DNA of 64,000 nucleotides from a virus (IMGVR_UViG_3300037067_015039:32001-96000); one strand, 5' to 3'. Counted from the first letter of the stretch, positions 1 to 8,298 are shown. Program-made: numbers and translations. Notes: generated by a model from the letters alone, not told the origin.

Positions 1-907
1 TTTTTATAAGCGCATCTTCTTCTGTGGTGTGTTTGAAGTTCTCCGGCACGGCAATTGAGTAACCTGGCTCCCGGAACCACTCAATAAAGAGAAATTCCCA
101 CGGGAGATCTCCGGTTTCTGAATTCTTGCAGATCCGGTTCCAGAGGTTTCCGCGGCCACGTGCGGTAGATTCCATGATACCGATCGTCCCGGGGAGTTCT
201 GCCAGTGATCCGTAAATACCTTCTGTAATGGCATCGTCATTGCGGAACCTGGCTACTTCTGCCAGGTGGACGCCGAAGAGGGATTTAGAGTATGCGGCGC
301 CGGAGGGTTGGTTCGCAGATTCAAAGTAAATCTGGCTTTGCATCCCCTGGCTGCCGGCTCTATCGTCTGCCCGGGCGCGGTCAAACCCCAGACGTTTCCC
401 GAAAGCGTCATATCTCTTTTCAGGACGCATCCACCAGGGGAGATACTCATGGGCGGTTCGGGCCATGACAAAATTGACGTTTGTACGCTCTTCTTCATCG
501 GCCATTGTCAGGACATGTGCCATTGGGAAGAAAAATACCAGCCAGGCCATTAAAGCAACGCTGAGGGTGGTTAGCCCAAGCTGCCGGGCTTTCAATACAA
601 CAATGCGGATCGTACCGGATAATCTGTGCTGCCGTTCAAAGATCTCGAGAAACTTCTCCTGAGAATCCCAAAACGGCCAGACTGGTTTAAGTTCGAGTTT
701 TTTTGTTTTTATGAAGTAATAGTTTTCGAGGAAATAGCGAGGGCTGGCAAGACACTTCTCAACTTCACCGGAGATAAACTCCAGTTCCGTCGACGTAAGC
801 ATTTCAAAAGCTTTACTTAGATCCCCTTTGGCGTCTTCGACTAATCGAAAATCAAGGGCGTCTATCGCATCGCCAAGGTCAGGATTCTTTCTGAGAGGAC
901 CTGCCAA
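1..907 (-). CDS. terL: Terminase large subunit, N-terminal ATPase domain (partial, runs off left edge)
   Basis: Manual translation of an open minus frame not in the track: VLKARQLGLTT (Walker A), GVHLAEVARF (Walker B), IMESTARG (coupling motif); probable TTG start at 907 after in-frame TAA at 934-932. Confidence 0.85.
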   Translation of the reverse strand, partial: MAGPLRKNPDLGDAIDALDFRLVEDAKGDLSKAFEMLTSTELEFISGEVEKCLASPRYFLENYYFIKTKKLELKPVWPFWDSQEKFLEIFERQHRLSGTIRIVVLKARQLGLTTLSVALMAWLVFFFPMAHVLTMADEEERTNVNFVMARTAHEYLPWWMRPEKRYDAFGKRLGFDRARADDRAGSQGMQSQIYFESANQPSGAAYSKSLFGVHLAEVARFRNDDAITEGIYGSLAELPGTIGIMESTARGRGNLWNRICKNSETGDLPWEFLFIEWFREPGYSIAVPENFKHTTEEDALIK

Positions 908-924
908 TGTAGGTTCGCATTCTT

Positions 925-1281
925 CTACCCTTTATAGGTTACTCCGCCTTGGCGGATCTGCGCGGCAAGTTCTTTTTCGTCTTCTGCTGACATTTGTCCC
1001 ATTGCAGCTTTCGCCTTTCGAATCTCTTCGTCGACGGCAAGTTCTTCATCGGTATTAAACACAAAATCTCCATCCGTTGAAGGCTGACGACTTGCCAAAA
1101 CCTCACGCATCAATCCTGGATTGCCTGATTTAAGGTTTGGACGAAGAATGCATTCACGAATGACATTCAAATCAATGTGAATGGCCAATAGAAATTTATA
1201 ACCAACAAATATCAGAAGTGACAAAGCTCCAATAAATAGAGCACAGGCAAATACGAGCAAAGCGATATACAAATAAATCAT
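925..1281 (-). CDS. Hypothetical protein with N-terminal transmembrane helix
   Basis: Hydrophobic N-terminus; directly upstream of terL. Confidence 0.65.
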   Translation of the reverse strand: MIYLYIALLVFACALFIGALSLLIFVGYKFLLAIHIDLNVIRECILRPNLKSGNPGLMREVLASRQPSTDGDFVFNTDEELAVDEEIRKAKAAMGQMSAEDEKELAAQIRQGGVTYKG

Positions 1282-1339
1282 CGCCGACTCTTTCTTCTAC
1301 CCGTTTCGTTGACGGCAGTTGACGGCTACCCGGGAGGAA

Positions 1340-1624
1340 TTATAGAACCGAATTATCGGAGTTTACAACTGGAATTTCATATTCACTATCATCCCGCCCC
1401 AATTCCGGGACAATTCTAAACCCTAAAATCTGAGAAGCTTGCATATTCATGTAAGATTGGATGATACATTGCGGACCTAAATATCCATTCTTGTTATCTT
1501 GGGATCCAACACGACAATTAAAGGGGATTCTTGGATCAAGATCAATTATGATCTCGCCGGCCGATTCGATTACCGTATCTACGATTTTACCATCAGGCGC
1601 AAACGACTTAATGAAAATTTTCAT
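1340..1624 (-). CDS. Hypothetical protein
   Basis: ATGA overlap with upstream gene. Confidence 0.65.
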   Translation of the reverse strand: MKIFIKSFAPDGKIVDTVIESAGEIIIDLDPRIPFNCRVGSQDNKNGYLGPQCIIQSYMNMQASQILGFRIVPELGRDDSEYEIPVVNSDNSVL

Positions 1625-2433
1625 ATCACTTCCTCATTTTCCTTTGGATGCCTCAATTCGATATGTTCCTGAAGTCCTTTATCAGTATGGAACTTTTTAG
1701 AACAAACCGAGCATTTATGTTTTCCTCTGAAACTGGGAGCTGGTTCACCTGCGACTGGATGTAATAAAGCATTATGTGAATCAAGCGCAAGATAGGTTTT
1801 AAAGGTACAATGGCAGATTTCGCAAACATAATTTCTCTGGGAATATTTTTCAATTACATTCGGGGAAACTGGGCAAACCGGATCATCTGGTACGGGATTA
1901 GGGAATACGATCTTAACCTTATTGGGTGGATCTACGATGGGCGAAGGGGTATGGGATTGGGCAAATTTCTCGTTCAGTGAACCAGAATGCGCCTCTTTTG
2001 CTTTCTGTTTTCGCTTAATATCCTCTTCCCGTTTGCATACTTTACAGGTATTGGCGCGACCGCCGATGCACTGGGTGTGAAGTGGGAATTGATCAATCGG
2101 CCTTAAAGTCTTGCATCTATTGCAATATTTGACATCTGGCGATGGGTTGGCCGCGACATTCGGTATCGGTGCGGGACTCATTTCATTGTTCAATCTCTGA
2201 AGCACTGGGATGGCATCTTCAATATCTTTGAGTTTCTGCTTGATCAACTCTCGTCTCGTCATGAGTTCATCGATCGCCGGCTGCAAATTCATCATAGTTT
2301 TACCTGATATTTCCTCTTCCGTTGCTTGCCGGCGAATTCTACGTCCAGCTTCGTAATAAGTCACCCACCAAGTTCCAGTCTTGCGAATTTCTCCTGTGCC
2401 ACGATGCTTATATCTTGGGTGGTAGAGTCTCAA
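1621..2433 (-). CDS. Zinc-finger protein (CxxC pair plus two C2H2 fingers)
   Basis: CNRC..CKVC; CEICHCTFKTYLALDSHNALLH; CSVCSKKFHTDKGLQEHIELRH; start may be 2295. Confidence 0.7.
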   Translation of the reverse strand: MRLYHPRYKHRGTGEIRKTGTWWVTYYEAGRRIRRQATEEEISGKTMMNLQPAIDELMTRRELIKQKLKDIEDAIPVLQRLNNEMSPAPIPNVAANPSPDVKYCNRCKTLRPIDQFPLHTQCIGGRANTCKVCKREEDIKRKQKAKEAHSGSLNEKFAQSHTPSPIVDPPNKVKIVFPNPVPDDPVCPVSPNVIEKYSQRNYVCEICHCTFKTYLALDSHNALLHPVAGEPAPSFRGKHKCSVCSKKFHTDKGLQEHIELRHPKENEEVI

Positions 2434-2843
2434 TGATTAAACTTTTCAAATTGGATAAGATTGTCTAATTTTTCCATCACCATTTGGTGGCTCGCTTGGA
2501 TCAATGTCATTGGATTGAACTTTCTAAAGATAGCGATACGCTCATCTTCGTCCGTCATTTCACCTGACAGAAATGCCTTTGCGGCTTTCATGCGATCGCC
2601 ATATTTATCTGCTATTTGTTGGGCTGTGTAATTAATTACTTTATCCCATGGGAATACGGCGTCAAACCAATTTTTGACCTGCTCTCCTTCAAAAATATTC
2701 GTCTCGCAACATCTGAGATCCCCTTCACAGATGAAGCGCGCTTCCGCCATGTCTTTGGCCAGAACGAAATGAGTTGGCTGATGCACTAATTCCATAACGC
2801 TCACTTTATCTGGATTATTTTTGTATGCGATTAAAACCGACAT
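2430..2843 (-). CDS. Hypothetical protein
   Basis: AAGGAG RBS, colinear. Confidence 0.7.
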   Translation of the reverse strand: MSVLIAYKNNPDKVSVMELVHQPTHFVLAKDMAEARFICEGDLRCCETNIFEGEQVKNWFDAVFPWDKVINYTAQQIADKYGDRMKAAKAFLSGEMTDEDERIAIFRKFNPMTLIQASHQMVMEKLDNLIQFEKFNH

Positions 2844-2862
2844 TCTAAGTACTCCTTTGACT

Positions 2863-2938
2863 TGGTAGACCCAGGCAGATTCGAACTGCCGTCCGCGGAG
2901 CGAAAGTCCGCTATCCTAGACCGCTAGACGATGGGTCC
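2863..2938 (-). tRNA. tRNA-Glu(UUC)
   Basis: Full cloverleaf GGACCCA/UGGGUCU, anticodon loop CUUUCGC, T loop UUCGAAU, encoded ACCA. Confidence 0.93.
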
Positions 2939-2940
2939 CC

Positions 2941-3018
2941 GCCGGCAAATCCCACTAACAGGCGCGTACCAGATTCGCAATGTTCCGGTTTGCCACGCCT
3001 GCCGGAGGATCCGCCGGC
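2941..3018 (-). ncRNA. Long GC-rich hairpin immediately upstream of tRNA-Glu
   Basis: GCCGGC/GCCGGC, GGAUCC/GGAUUU, GGCAGGCGUG/CGCGCCUGUU, ACCGGA/UCUGGU nested pairings. Confidence 0.4.
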
Positions 3019-3031
3019 CCATAAAACATTT

Positions 3032-3469
3032 TTAATAAACAGGCATTATTGGGACATTCAATCCTCCAGCCTGACATATCTGAACAAATTCATTCCACTT
3101 CTGTTTTACTTCCTCTGGATGAGCTATCATCCAGGCGATAAGAACTAAGCTAGATAATCCCAAGCTTCCTTTAATGAAATTCTTAAAACTAGATAATAGA
3201 CCTTCACCTCCTCCTGGAAGTTCGCTGCCGGCAGGCCATGTGAACGGAGCCATAATGCCTGGGATTATAGGATCAAATGCTCCGGCTAGATAAGCGGCAT
3301 GAGGTTCCTGTTGTTCAGGAATTTCGCAAGTACCATCATGGAGGCATTGGCCTACTGTGAATGGTATCTCTCCAGCCGAATACATATCGTCAATCCAATC
3401 GGCTTTCGCTGTCGTGGGAACAATAACCAACAAAATGATGCTCACAATCAGACACAAAAGATTTTTCAT
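3032..3469 (-). CDS. Secreted/membrane hypothetical protein
   Basis: Signal peptide (AKA cleavage-like) and C-terminal hydrophobic helix; GGAG RBS. Confidence 0.7.
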   Translation of the reverse strand: MKNLLCLIVSIILLVIVPTTAKADWIDDMYSAGEIPFTVGQCLHDGTCEIPEQQEPHAAYLAGAFDPIIPGIMAPFTWPAGSELPGGGEGLLSSFKNFIKGSLGLSSLVLIAWMIAHPEEVKQKWNEFVQICQAGGLNVPIMPVY

Positions 3470-3512
3470 AAAAACTCTCCAGGAAAATTGTTTACTTCTA
3501 CGGACCCACTCT

Positions 3513-3600
3513 TGGCGGAGGGTGAGAGACTCGAACTCCCATGCCGTTTACGGCGTCGGGTTTCAGGCCCGAGGCGATACCAGTTCCGCTACAACCCTCC
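3513..3600 (-). tRNA. tRNA-Ser(UGA), atypical (C33)
   Basis: GGAGGGU/ACCCUCC-GCCA, long variable arm GCCGUAAACGGC, anticodon loop CCUGAAA. Confidence 0.85.
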
Positions 3601-3601
3601 G

Positions 3602-3802
3602 TTATTTTTCACTATCAATATCAGTCTTTTTGACAACTTCAGTTAAGCATACAATTGGGAATTCGTCATTCTGAGGCAGCATTCCCGAATTACACCAGAC
3701 GCATTTGGCGCGATCACCATTAACGATCCCTTCTATGGTCATAACGGGGCCGCCGCTGTTAAGTTGAACTGTTTTACCTACTTGTGCCACATTAGCTTCC
3801 AT
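3602..3802 (-). CDS. DUF2158/YodC-like protein
   Basis: VGKTVQLNSGGPVMTIE...CVW motif. Confidence 0.8.
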   Translation of the reverse strand: MEANVAQVGKTVQLNSGGPVMTIEGIVNGDRAKCVWCNSGMLPQNDEFPIVCLTEVVKKTDIDSEK

Positions 3803-3814
3803 TTAATTCCTCCT

Positions 3815-4132
3815 TTAAAGACCTTTTGTTAACCCGGGCTGCTTCATTTGGTCGGGATGTTCTTCGGTGAATTTATTAAATCGTTGGATAGCTTCGTCCA
3901 CCATCCTCATTTGATGATCGTTGCATCCATCTGCGATACAGATATCACGATAGGCTTGGATCCCTTTCACTGCATTCCAGTCTCGACCCCGGTAAATAAA
4001 AATAGGTTCTTCATCGAGAATAGGGATTCTGGTTGGAATTTTCACAATAGCAATACGAGTATTGATCGGAAGAGGTATTTCCGCTCCAGTGATTGTATCG
4101 ATTAATGCGACTTCATATTTCCCATCATTCAT
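3815..4132 (-). CDS. Hypothetical phage protein
   Basis: AAGGGA RBS before MNDGKY. Confidence 0.6.
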   Translation of the reverse strand: MNDGKYEVALIDTITGAEIPLPINTRIAIVKIPTRIPILDEEPIFIYRGRDWNAVKGIQAYRDICIADGCNDHQMRMVDEAIQRFNKFTEEHPDQMKQPGLTKGL

Positions 4133-4181
4133 AATTATTCCCTTCGTTGAACTACAGCCGTCTTCCTGGCCAGCGAAAATT

Positions 4182-4676
4182 TTATTCAATAACCAATTCC
4201 CTGAAATCATGCAGGGAAGATTGGTCTACAAACCAACATGGCGGCCGTCCATTCGGAGCCTCGTTTGATCCAGACTTCTTGCCTTCTTTCCCTAATATCC
4301 ATCCGATTATTTCGTAATTTCCGCATGATCCGATTACCAGAACGTACTTGTAGTCATCCCTGTCATTGGATCTTATAATAAGCCTCTTCCTCTTATTTCC
4401 CTTGTCGCTTACCCATCGGACCTCAATATCAGGGGGAACGTCAGCGCCACCCTTAAATTTGTCTACGCTAAAATCCCAATATCGATGAGATACCTTCGCT
4501 ACGGCTAGTTCGCAAATGGCACCCTCGATGTCAGTTGCCCATGTATCCATATCAACATCGTAGCCTCCAAACGGAGATACTCCCCTGGCAATTTGGTTTA
4601 ATTTTCTTCTGATGCCAATAATAGCCGCAGGCATCATCTCTCCGGGAGGTATTTTAATAGGAATTGATTTTGACAT
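4182..4676 (-). CDS. Hypothetical phage protein (possible nuclease-like fold)
   Basis: GAGG RBS; EGAICELAVAK...D...IEVRW pattern. Confidence 0.65.
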   Translation of the reverse strand: MSKSIPIKIPPGEMMPAAIIGIRRKLNQIARGVSPFGGYDVDMDTWATDIEGAICELAVAKVSHRYWDFSVDKFKGGADVPPDIEVRWVSDKGNKRKRLIIRSNDRDDYKYVLVIGSCGNYEIIGWILGKEGKKSGSNEAPNGRPPCWFVDQSSLHDFRELVIE

Positions 4677-4687
4677 TTTCCCTCATC

Positions 4688-4761
4688 TGGTTAGGGCGGC
4701 TGGATTCGAACCAGCGTACCCGGATCCAAAGTCCGGTGCCAGGCCGCTTGGCTACGCCCCA
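4688..4761 (-). tRNA. tRNA-Gln(UUG)
   Basis: UGGGGCG/CGCCCUA-ACCA, anticodon loop CUUUGGA. Confidence 0.93.
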
Positions 4762-4764
4762 ATA

Positions 4765-4983
4765 TTATTCATCTTCCCCTGAAGAAGCGACGTAAAAATT
4801 AGCTTCTCCTTTGGGACAGTTTTCTCTCATAAGAACGAGACAGCGCCTAACACTAGCTCCAGAGGTCCCAAAACTTTCCGTCTCATTCCCGCACCTAGAA
4901 CATGTAGCCGTGATACCATCAACTTCTATCCCCTCTTCATTTTCTAGGGTTGTCTCCTGGATGTCACATTCTACTTGAGCCAT
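4765..4983 (-). CDS. Small Cys-containing hypothetical protein
   Basis: GAGG RBS before MAQVEC; CSRC and C..C. Confidence 0.7.
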   Translation of the reverse strand: MAQVECDIQETTLENEEGIEVDGITATCSRCGNETESFGTSGASVRRCLVLMRENCPKGEANFYVASSGEDE

Positions 4984-5000
4984 AATTATCCTCGTCAATT

Positions 5001-5077
5001 TGGTAGGGGAGGCGAGATTTGAACTCGCGCATTTCATGATCCCAAATCATGAGCCTTCCCAACTTGGCCACTCCCCT
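5001..5077 (-). tRNA. tRNA-Pro(UGG)
   Basis: AGGGGAG/CUCCCCU-ACCA, anticodon arm CAUGA-UUUGGGA-UCAUG, T loop UUCAAAU. Confidence 0.9.
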
Positions 5078-5435
5078 ATGTTTCAATTTTTATTCTTCCT
5101 GAATGTATTTTCCTGTGACAATTTGAGCAAACAGGTATGCATTTATCTATTTCAGCTAAGATTCTCTCGATTCCCCACCCTTTAATAAAAACAATAGTTG
5201 ATATTTCCGCATCTTTTTTTGTTGGATCTTTGTGGTGAAATTCTATGCATTCAGGAGCAGACTCAGGACACAACTTGCAAATAAGACCGGATTTGTAATT
5301 CTTTATCCATTCCTTAAGTGCCCTTTTTCTTTTCATAGACTTAGCTATAGATACCTTTTGATTCCGATGATACCAATCCCTTCTATGCTTTCTAACTTTT
5401 TCCTGATTATTTTTTCTCCATAATTCAGTAGGCAT
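5076..5435 (-). CDS. HNH endonuclease
   Basis: CKLC...EFHHKDP...KCIPVCSNCHRKIH. Confidence 0.85.
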   Translation of the reverse strand: MPTELWRKNNQEKVRKHRRDWYHRNQKVSIAKSMKRKRALKEWIKNYKSGLICKLCPESAPECIEFHHKDPTKKDAEISTIVFIKGWGIERILAEIDKCIPVCSNCHRKIHSGRIKIET

Positions 5436-5443
5436 ATTTTATC

Positions 5444-5474
5444 ACCGGCGTTCTTCCAATTAAGCTACCTCCAC
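5444..5474 (-). pseudogene. Orphan tRNA 5' half
   Basis: GUGGAGG-UA-GCUU-AAUUGGA-AGAAC-G-CCGGU (acceptor strand + D arm); no 3' half before the HNH gene. Confidence 0.5.
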
Positions 5475-5478
5475 AGCA

Positions 5479-5712
5479 CTAATCCTTTGGCGCGGCTGGC
5501 AGAATATAGAAATTGCGCCATTCCCCGCAATTTACACCAAACAAAATATCTTGGTTTTTCCAGACTTCCAGCCGGCCATTAATTTCACTAACTGTAATCT
5601 GGTTTGCATGCGCAATTTCCTGCGAACTACCGTCTCGGAAAAAAATCCGAACTGCCTTATTCCCTTTAATCTGATATTCCCTTAAAAGCTTCGATTCTGA
5701 GATTTCGCTCAT
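5479..5712 (-). CDS. Hypothetical protein
   Basis: GGAGG RBS before MSEISE. Confidence 0.6.
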   Translation of the reverse strand: MSEISESKLLREYQIKGNKAVRIFFRDGSSQEIAHANQITVSEINGRLEVWKNQDILFGVNCGEWRNFYILPAAPKD

Positions 5713-6004
5713 CCATTGCCGCCTCCACGGCTTTCTCGACGTCCGCAAGTTGTCCAAGACGACGAGACACTTCCACCTTATGCCAATGTTTAAAAGTAAC
5801 AGAATTGACCATACGTTCTAATGCTGCTTTTTTGTTTTGAGCTTGAGATCTGAATTCGCGTCCTTCGCCAAAAGCGCCAGACGCTATATGCGTGATGCGG
5901 ACTCCGTTTTGATTGGAGTTTTGATGCTGGCCGCCAGGGCCACCTGTGCAGAAGGTGGCAATTTTGAAATCCTTTTTTGTCAGACTAAATAAAAGTTTTC
6001 TCAT
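5666..6004 (-). CDS. Class I release-factor-like GGQ protein (ArfB/PrfH-type peptidyl-tRNA hydrolase domain)
   Basis: TGGPGGQHQN..NGVRITHIASG...RSQAQNKKAA; no codon-recognition domain. Confidence 0.88.
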   Translation of the reverse strand: MRKLLFSLTKKDFKIATFCTGGPGGQHQNSNQNGVRITHIASGAFGEGREFRSQAQNKKAALERMVNSVTFKHWHKVEVSRRLGQLADVEKAVEAAMDERNLRIEAFKGISD

Positions 6005-6027
6005 AGGAGTAAACCCGGTTTACTATA

Positions 6028-6059
6028 GGCGGAGCCAACTGCAATTCATTGGCTCCGCC
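6028..6059 (-). terminator. 11-bp GC hairpin after Ro60 operon genes (terminator or processing site)
   Basis: GGCGGAGCCAA/TTGGCTCCGCC; weak U-tract. Confidence 0.4.
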
Positions 6060-6069
6060 GCGGTGAGGG

Positions 6070-6384
6070 TTACTGACCCTTGAGTTGCTCTTCAAGACGA
6101 GCGATTTCGTCCTTGAGAGCTTGACGCTTCTCTTCGGCAGGCAGAAGAGCTTCCAACCGGGATTTCTTTTCACGAAGCATCTTTTGCAACCGATCAGCCT
6201 GGCTCAGGGAGATTTCCTTACGGATATCACGCATCTTAGCATCGAGCCATTCAGGCTGCTCGACATTGAGGGTTTTGAACTCTTCCTGAATCATACGTCC
6301 GACTGCGGACAGAGTTACAAGATCCTCCAGGGCAAGACCCTCGGTTTCGAACTTCCGAATCTCGTCTATCAAATACATCGACAT
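6070..6384 (-). CDS. Helical/coiled-coil protein following Ro60-like gene
   Basis: AAGGAGG RBS before MSMYL; heptad-rich C-terminus. Confidence 0.75.
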   Translation of the reverse strand: MSMYLIDEIRKFETEGLALEDLVTLSAVGRMIQEEFKTLNVEQPEWLDAKMRDIRKEISLSQADRLQKMLREKKSRLEALLPAEEKRQALKDEIARLEEQLKGQ

Positions 6385-6400
6385 AATCTGACCTCCTTTC

Positions 6401-7927
6401 TTAGTCTTCTTGATTGCCATCACTGAACGCCTCCGACAATTTCAAAAGTGGAGTTGCCATAATCTCATCCACCAAAGAGTAGGGATTGGTCCGCATGCTT
6501 TGGACCAGGTTTGGTATACTGTAATAATCGATATCAATACCGAGTTCAAAAACTTGCAAATCAAACCCGTTCTTCTTCATGCTCTCGGCAAATTCCTGAT
6601 CTCCCCATCCCCTGTTTTCAGCCCCACAACGATAGAAATAAACGGGGATATCCTTATCTGCAACCTGCAAAAGGCGCCGGTATTCATCGGAAAAAAATGG
6701 AGGAGAATTCTCCAGACCATCTGAGACGATCGCAATTCCGTCAATCTCAATATGACTCAACATAGCCGATCTCAATCCGCAACCAATGGAAGTCCCTCCA
6801 TTAGCATTGACATTCCGGGTCTTCTTCAAAATTTCTTCATAGCCAAACCCGGTGACATCAATCATTAACGGAGTCTGATCGAAGAAAGTAAGGGTAACGC
6901 TTCCCTTAACCATCTTCGCCAAAGTTCCCGCCACATGTCTGGAAGCCTCGATGCATTGAGACATTGATCCCGACTTATCACCGAGAATCAGCCAATTGCC
7001 CTCAATGCTCATATTCTGAATCTGCTTCTCCTGGACTGCATGGAGCTTGGCTTTCAGTTTTTCATCCCCAATCGCTTCCGCGGCGCGGGTAGTCTTCAAG
7101 ACGTTTTTCTTAGAAACAGCCGCCCGTTTAAGAGCATCCTCAAAAGCAGCACGAAGCGCCGGAACTTCTTTGACGCCCAATTTCTCCAGCATTTTAGTGC
7201 TGGTGACGACTTCTGTCGGGCTCATACGCTCAATAAGCGCAAGAACTAAATCAGGATCCTTTATTTTATTTCCGAGCGCCCCATGTGCTATCAAGAACGG
7301 GATCTTCCGTTCAAGAATGGTTCCCGCGGCTTCTTTTGAACTCATATTCCGCAGGTTTGCGACTGCCTCAAAAATGCTTCCTTTAGGAAGAGGAGATCTG
7401 ACCGGCTGCCGGCCTTCCGCTTTTGCTTTCAATCTTTCTTCCAGGGTGTGTCCAAAGAGAACGATATTCACCCGATCAGAGCCAGGTTTGACATCAGCTA
7501 GGGAATAGAGTTCCTTGAGAACCGCACGGTGCTGGATCGCGGTGAAATCCCATTTCTTACCTTCCTTCATGTGGAGGTAATCCGCAATCACCCTTTTGAG
7601 TTGGCGAATATGGCCAAGCGGCCGGACATCCAGAGCGAATCGATACGCCTTCAACAACTCCCGTGGATTCAGGAAAGTCAAATGAGCAAGACTGTTCTCG
7701 ACAAGTTCTTGCGGAAATCCAGGAACCGTTAAACTGACGATAGGCAATGCCGCCTTCGCATCCCTAATCTGGCCATGGGTACGATCCCAAGCAATAAGAT
7801 GAGCCAGAAAATCAGGTTCATTCTGAGCCGCAAGCTGTCCTATTGCGAGGTATTCACGGAGTTTCCCATGAGGAGATTTCGTGAGTTCTGAGATAATTTG
7901 GTTCTTGGTTACTTTGACCTTTTCCAT
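6401..7927 (-). CDS. Ro60/TROVE-like RNA-binding protein (helical ring + C-terminal vWA)
   Basis: 508 aa; N-terminal helical region (EPDFLAHLIAWDRTHGQIRD), vWA MIDAS DKSGS, GGTSIG, IVSDGLEN; adjacent tRNA-like RNA array. Confidence 0.75.
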   Translation of the reverse strand: MEKVKVTKNQIISELTKSPHGKLREYLAIGQLAAQNEPDFLAHLIAWDRTHGQIRDAKAALPIVSLTVPGFPQELVENSLAHLTFLNPRELLKAYRFALDVRPLGHIRQLKRVIADYLHMKEGKKWDFTAIQHRAVLKELYSLADVKPGSDRVNIVLFGHTLEERLKAKAEGRQPVRSPLPKGSIFEAVANLRNMSSKEAAGTILERKIPFLIAHGALGNKIKDPDLVLALIERMSPTEVVTSTKMLEKLGVKEVPALRAAFEDALKRAAVSKKNVLKTTRAAEAIGDEKLKAKLHAVQEKQIQNMSIEGNWLILGDKSGSMSQCIEASRHVAGTLAKMVKGSVTLTFFDQTPLMIDVTGFGYEEILKKTRNVNANGGTSIGCGLRSAMLSHIEIDGIAIVSDGLENSPPFFSDEYRRLLQVADKDIPVYFYRCGAENRGWGDQEFAESMKKNGFDLQVFELGIDIDYYSIPNLVQSMRTNPYSLVDEIMATPLLKLSEAFSDGNQED

Positions 7928-7950
7928 GACGGTTCTCCCTTTTAGTTAAA

Positions 7951-8030
7951 TCACTGGAAGTCGATTGGCTTGTTATGCCGAAAAGCAGGCATCATGTGTT
8001 CAAGACATGTAAGCTAATCAGTACCAGTGA
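7951..8030 (-). ncRNA. Scaffold RNA unit 1 (Y-RNA-like), payload = anticodon-like hairpin (CUUGAAC) + second hairpin
   Basis: UCACUGG-UACUG-AUUAGCUU-ACAUG...AAGCCAAU-CGACUU-CCAGUGA. Confidence 0.75.
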
Positions 8031-8037
8031 AACTTTA

Positions 8038-8129
8038 TTGCGGAAAGTCGGTCGGCTCTTGGTTGACTAAGGACTTTACATCCTCCGCCTATGTTTTTAA
8101 GGAACATGTAAGCCAATCAGTATCCGCAA
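8038..8129 (-). ncRNA. Scaffold RNA unit 2, payload = two 7-nt-loop hairpins
   Basis: UUGCGGA-UACUG-AUUGGCUU-ACAUG...GAGCCGAC-CGACUU-UCCGCAA. Confidence 0.75.
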
Positions 8130-8137
8130 AACTTTTC

Positions 8138-8213
8138 GTCCCATGTGCTATAGGCGCTGCGTCGTTTTAGCCCTGTTATGCCTAATTTGGGCCACTCAGA
8201 CAGCACATGGGAC
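8138..8213 (-). ncRNA. Pseudoknot-capable structured RNA A
   Basis: Perfect 12-bp closing stem; inner GGCCC/GGGCU; loop UAGGC complementary to downstream GCCUA. Confidence 0.55.
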
Positions 8214-8217
8214 TTCC

Positions 8218-8291
8218 GATGGTCCCCACTACGGCTCTTATAGCCCCAATCCTCGAACCTTGGGTGGGTGTTGCCGGGCTATCCGACCATC
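8218..8291 (-). ncRNA. Pseudoknot-capable structured RNA B
   Basis: GAUGGUC/GACCAUC closing stem; AUAGCCC/GGGCUAU; loop GGC and CCCAC complementary to downstream GCC and GUGGG. Confidence 0.55.
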
Positions 8292-8298
8292 TAAAATC

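Noticed and set aside
8138-8213. Hammerhead ribozyme
   Set aside because: CUGAGUG is not CUGANGA and the GAAA core is absent (UAAAAC)
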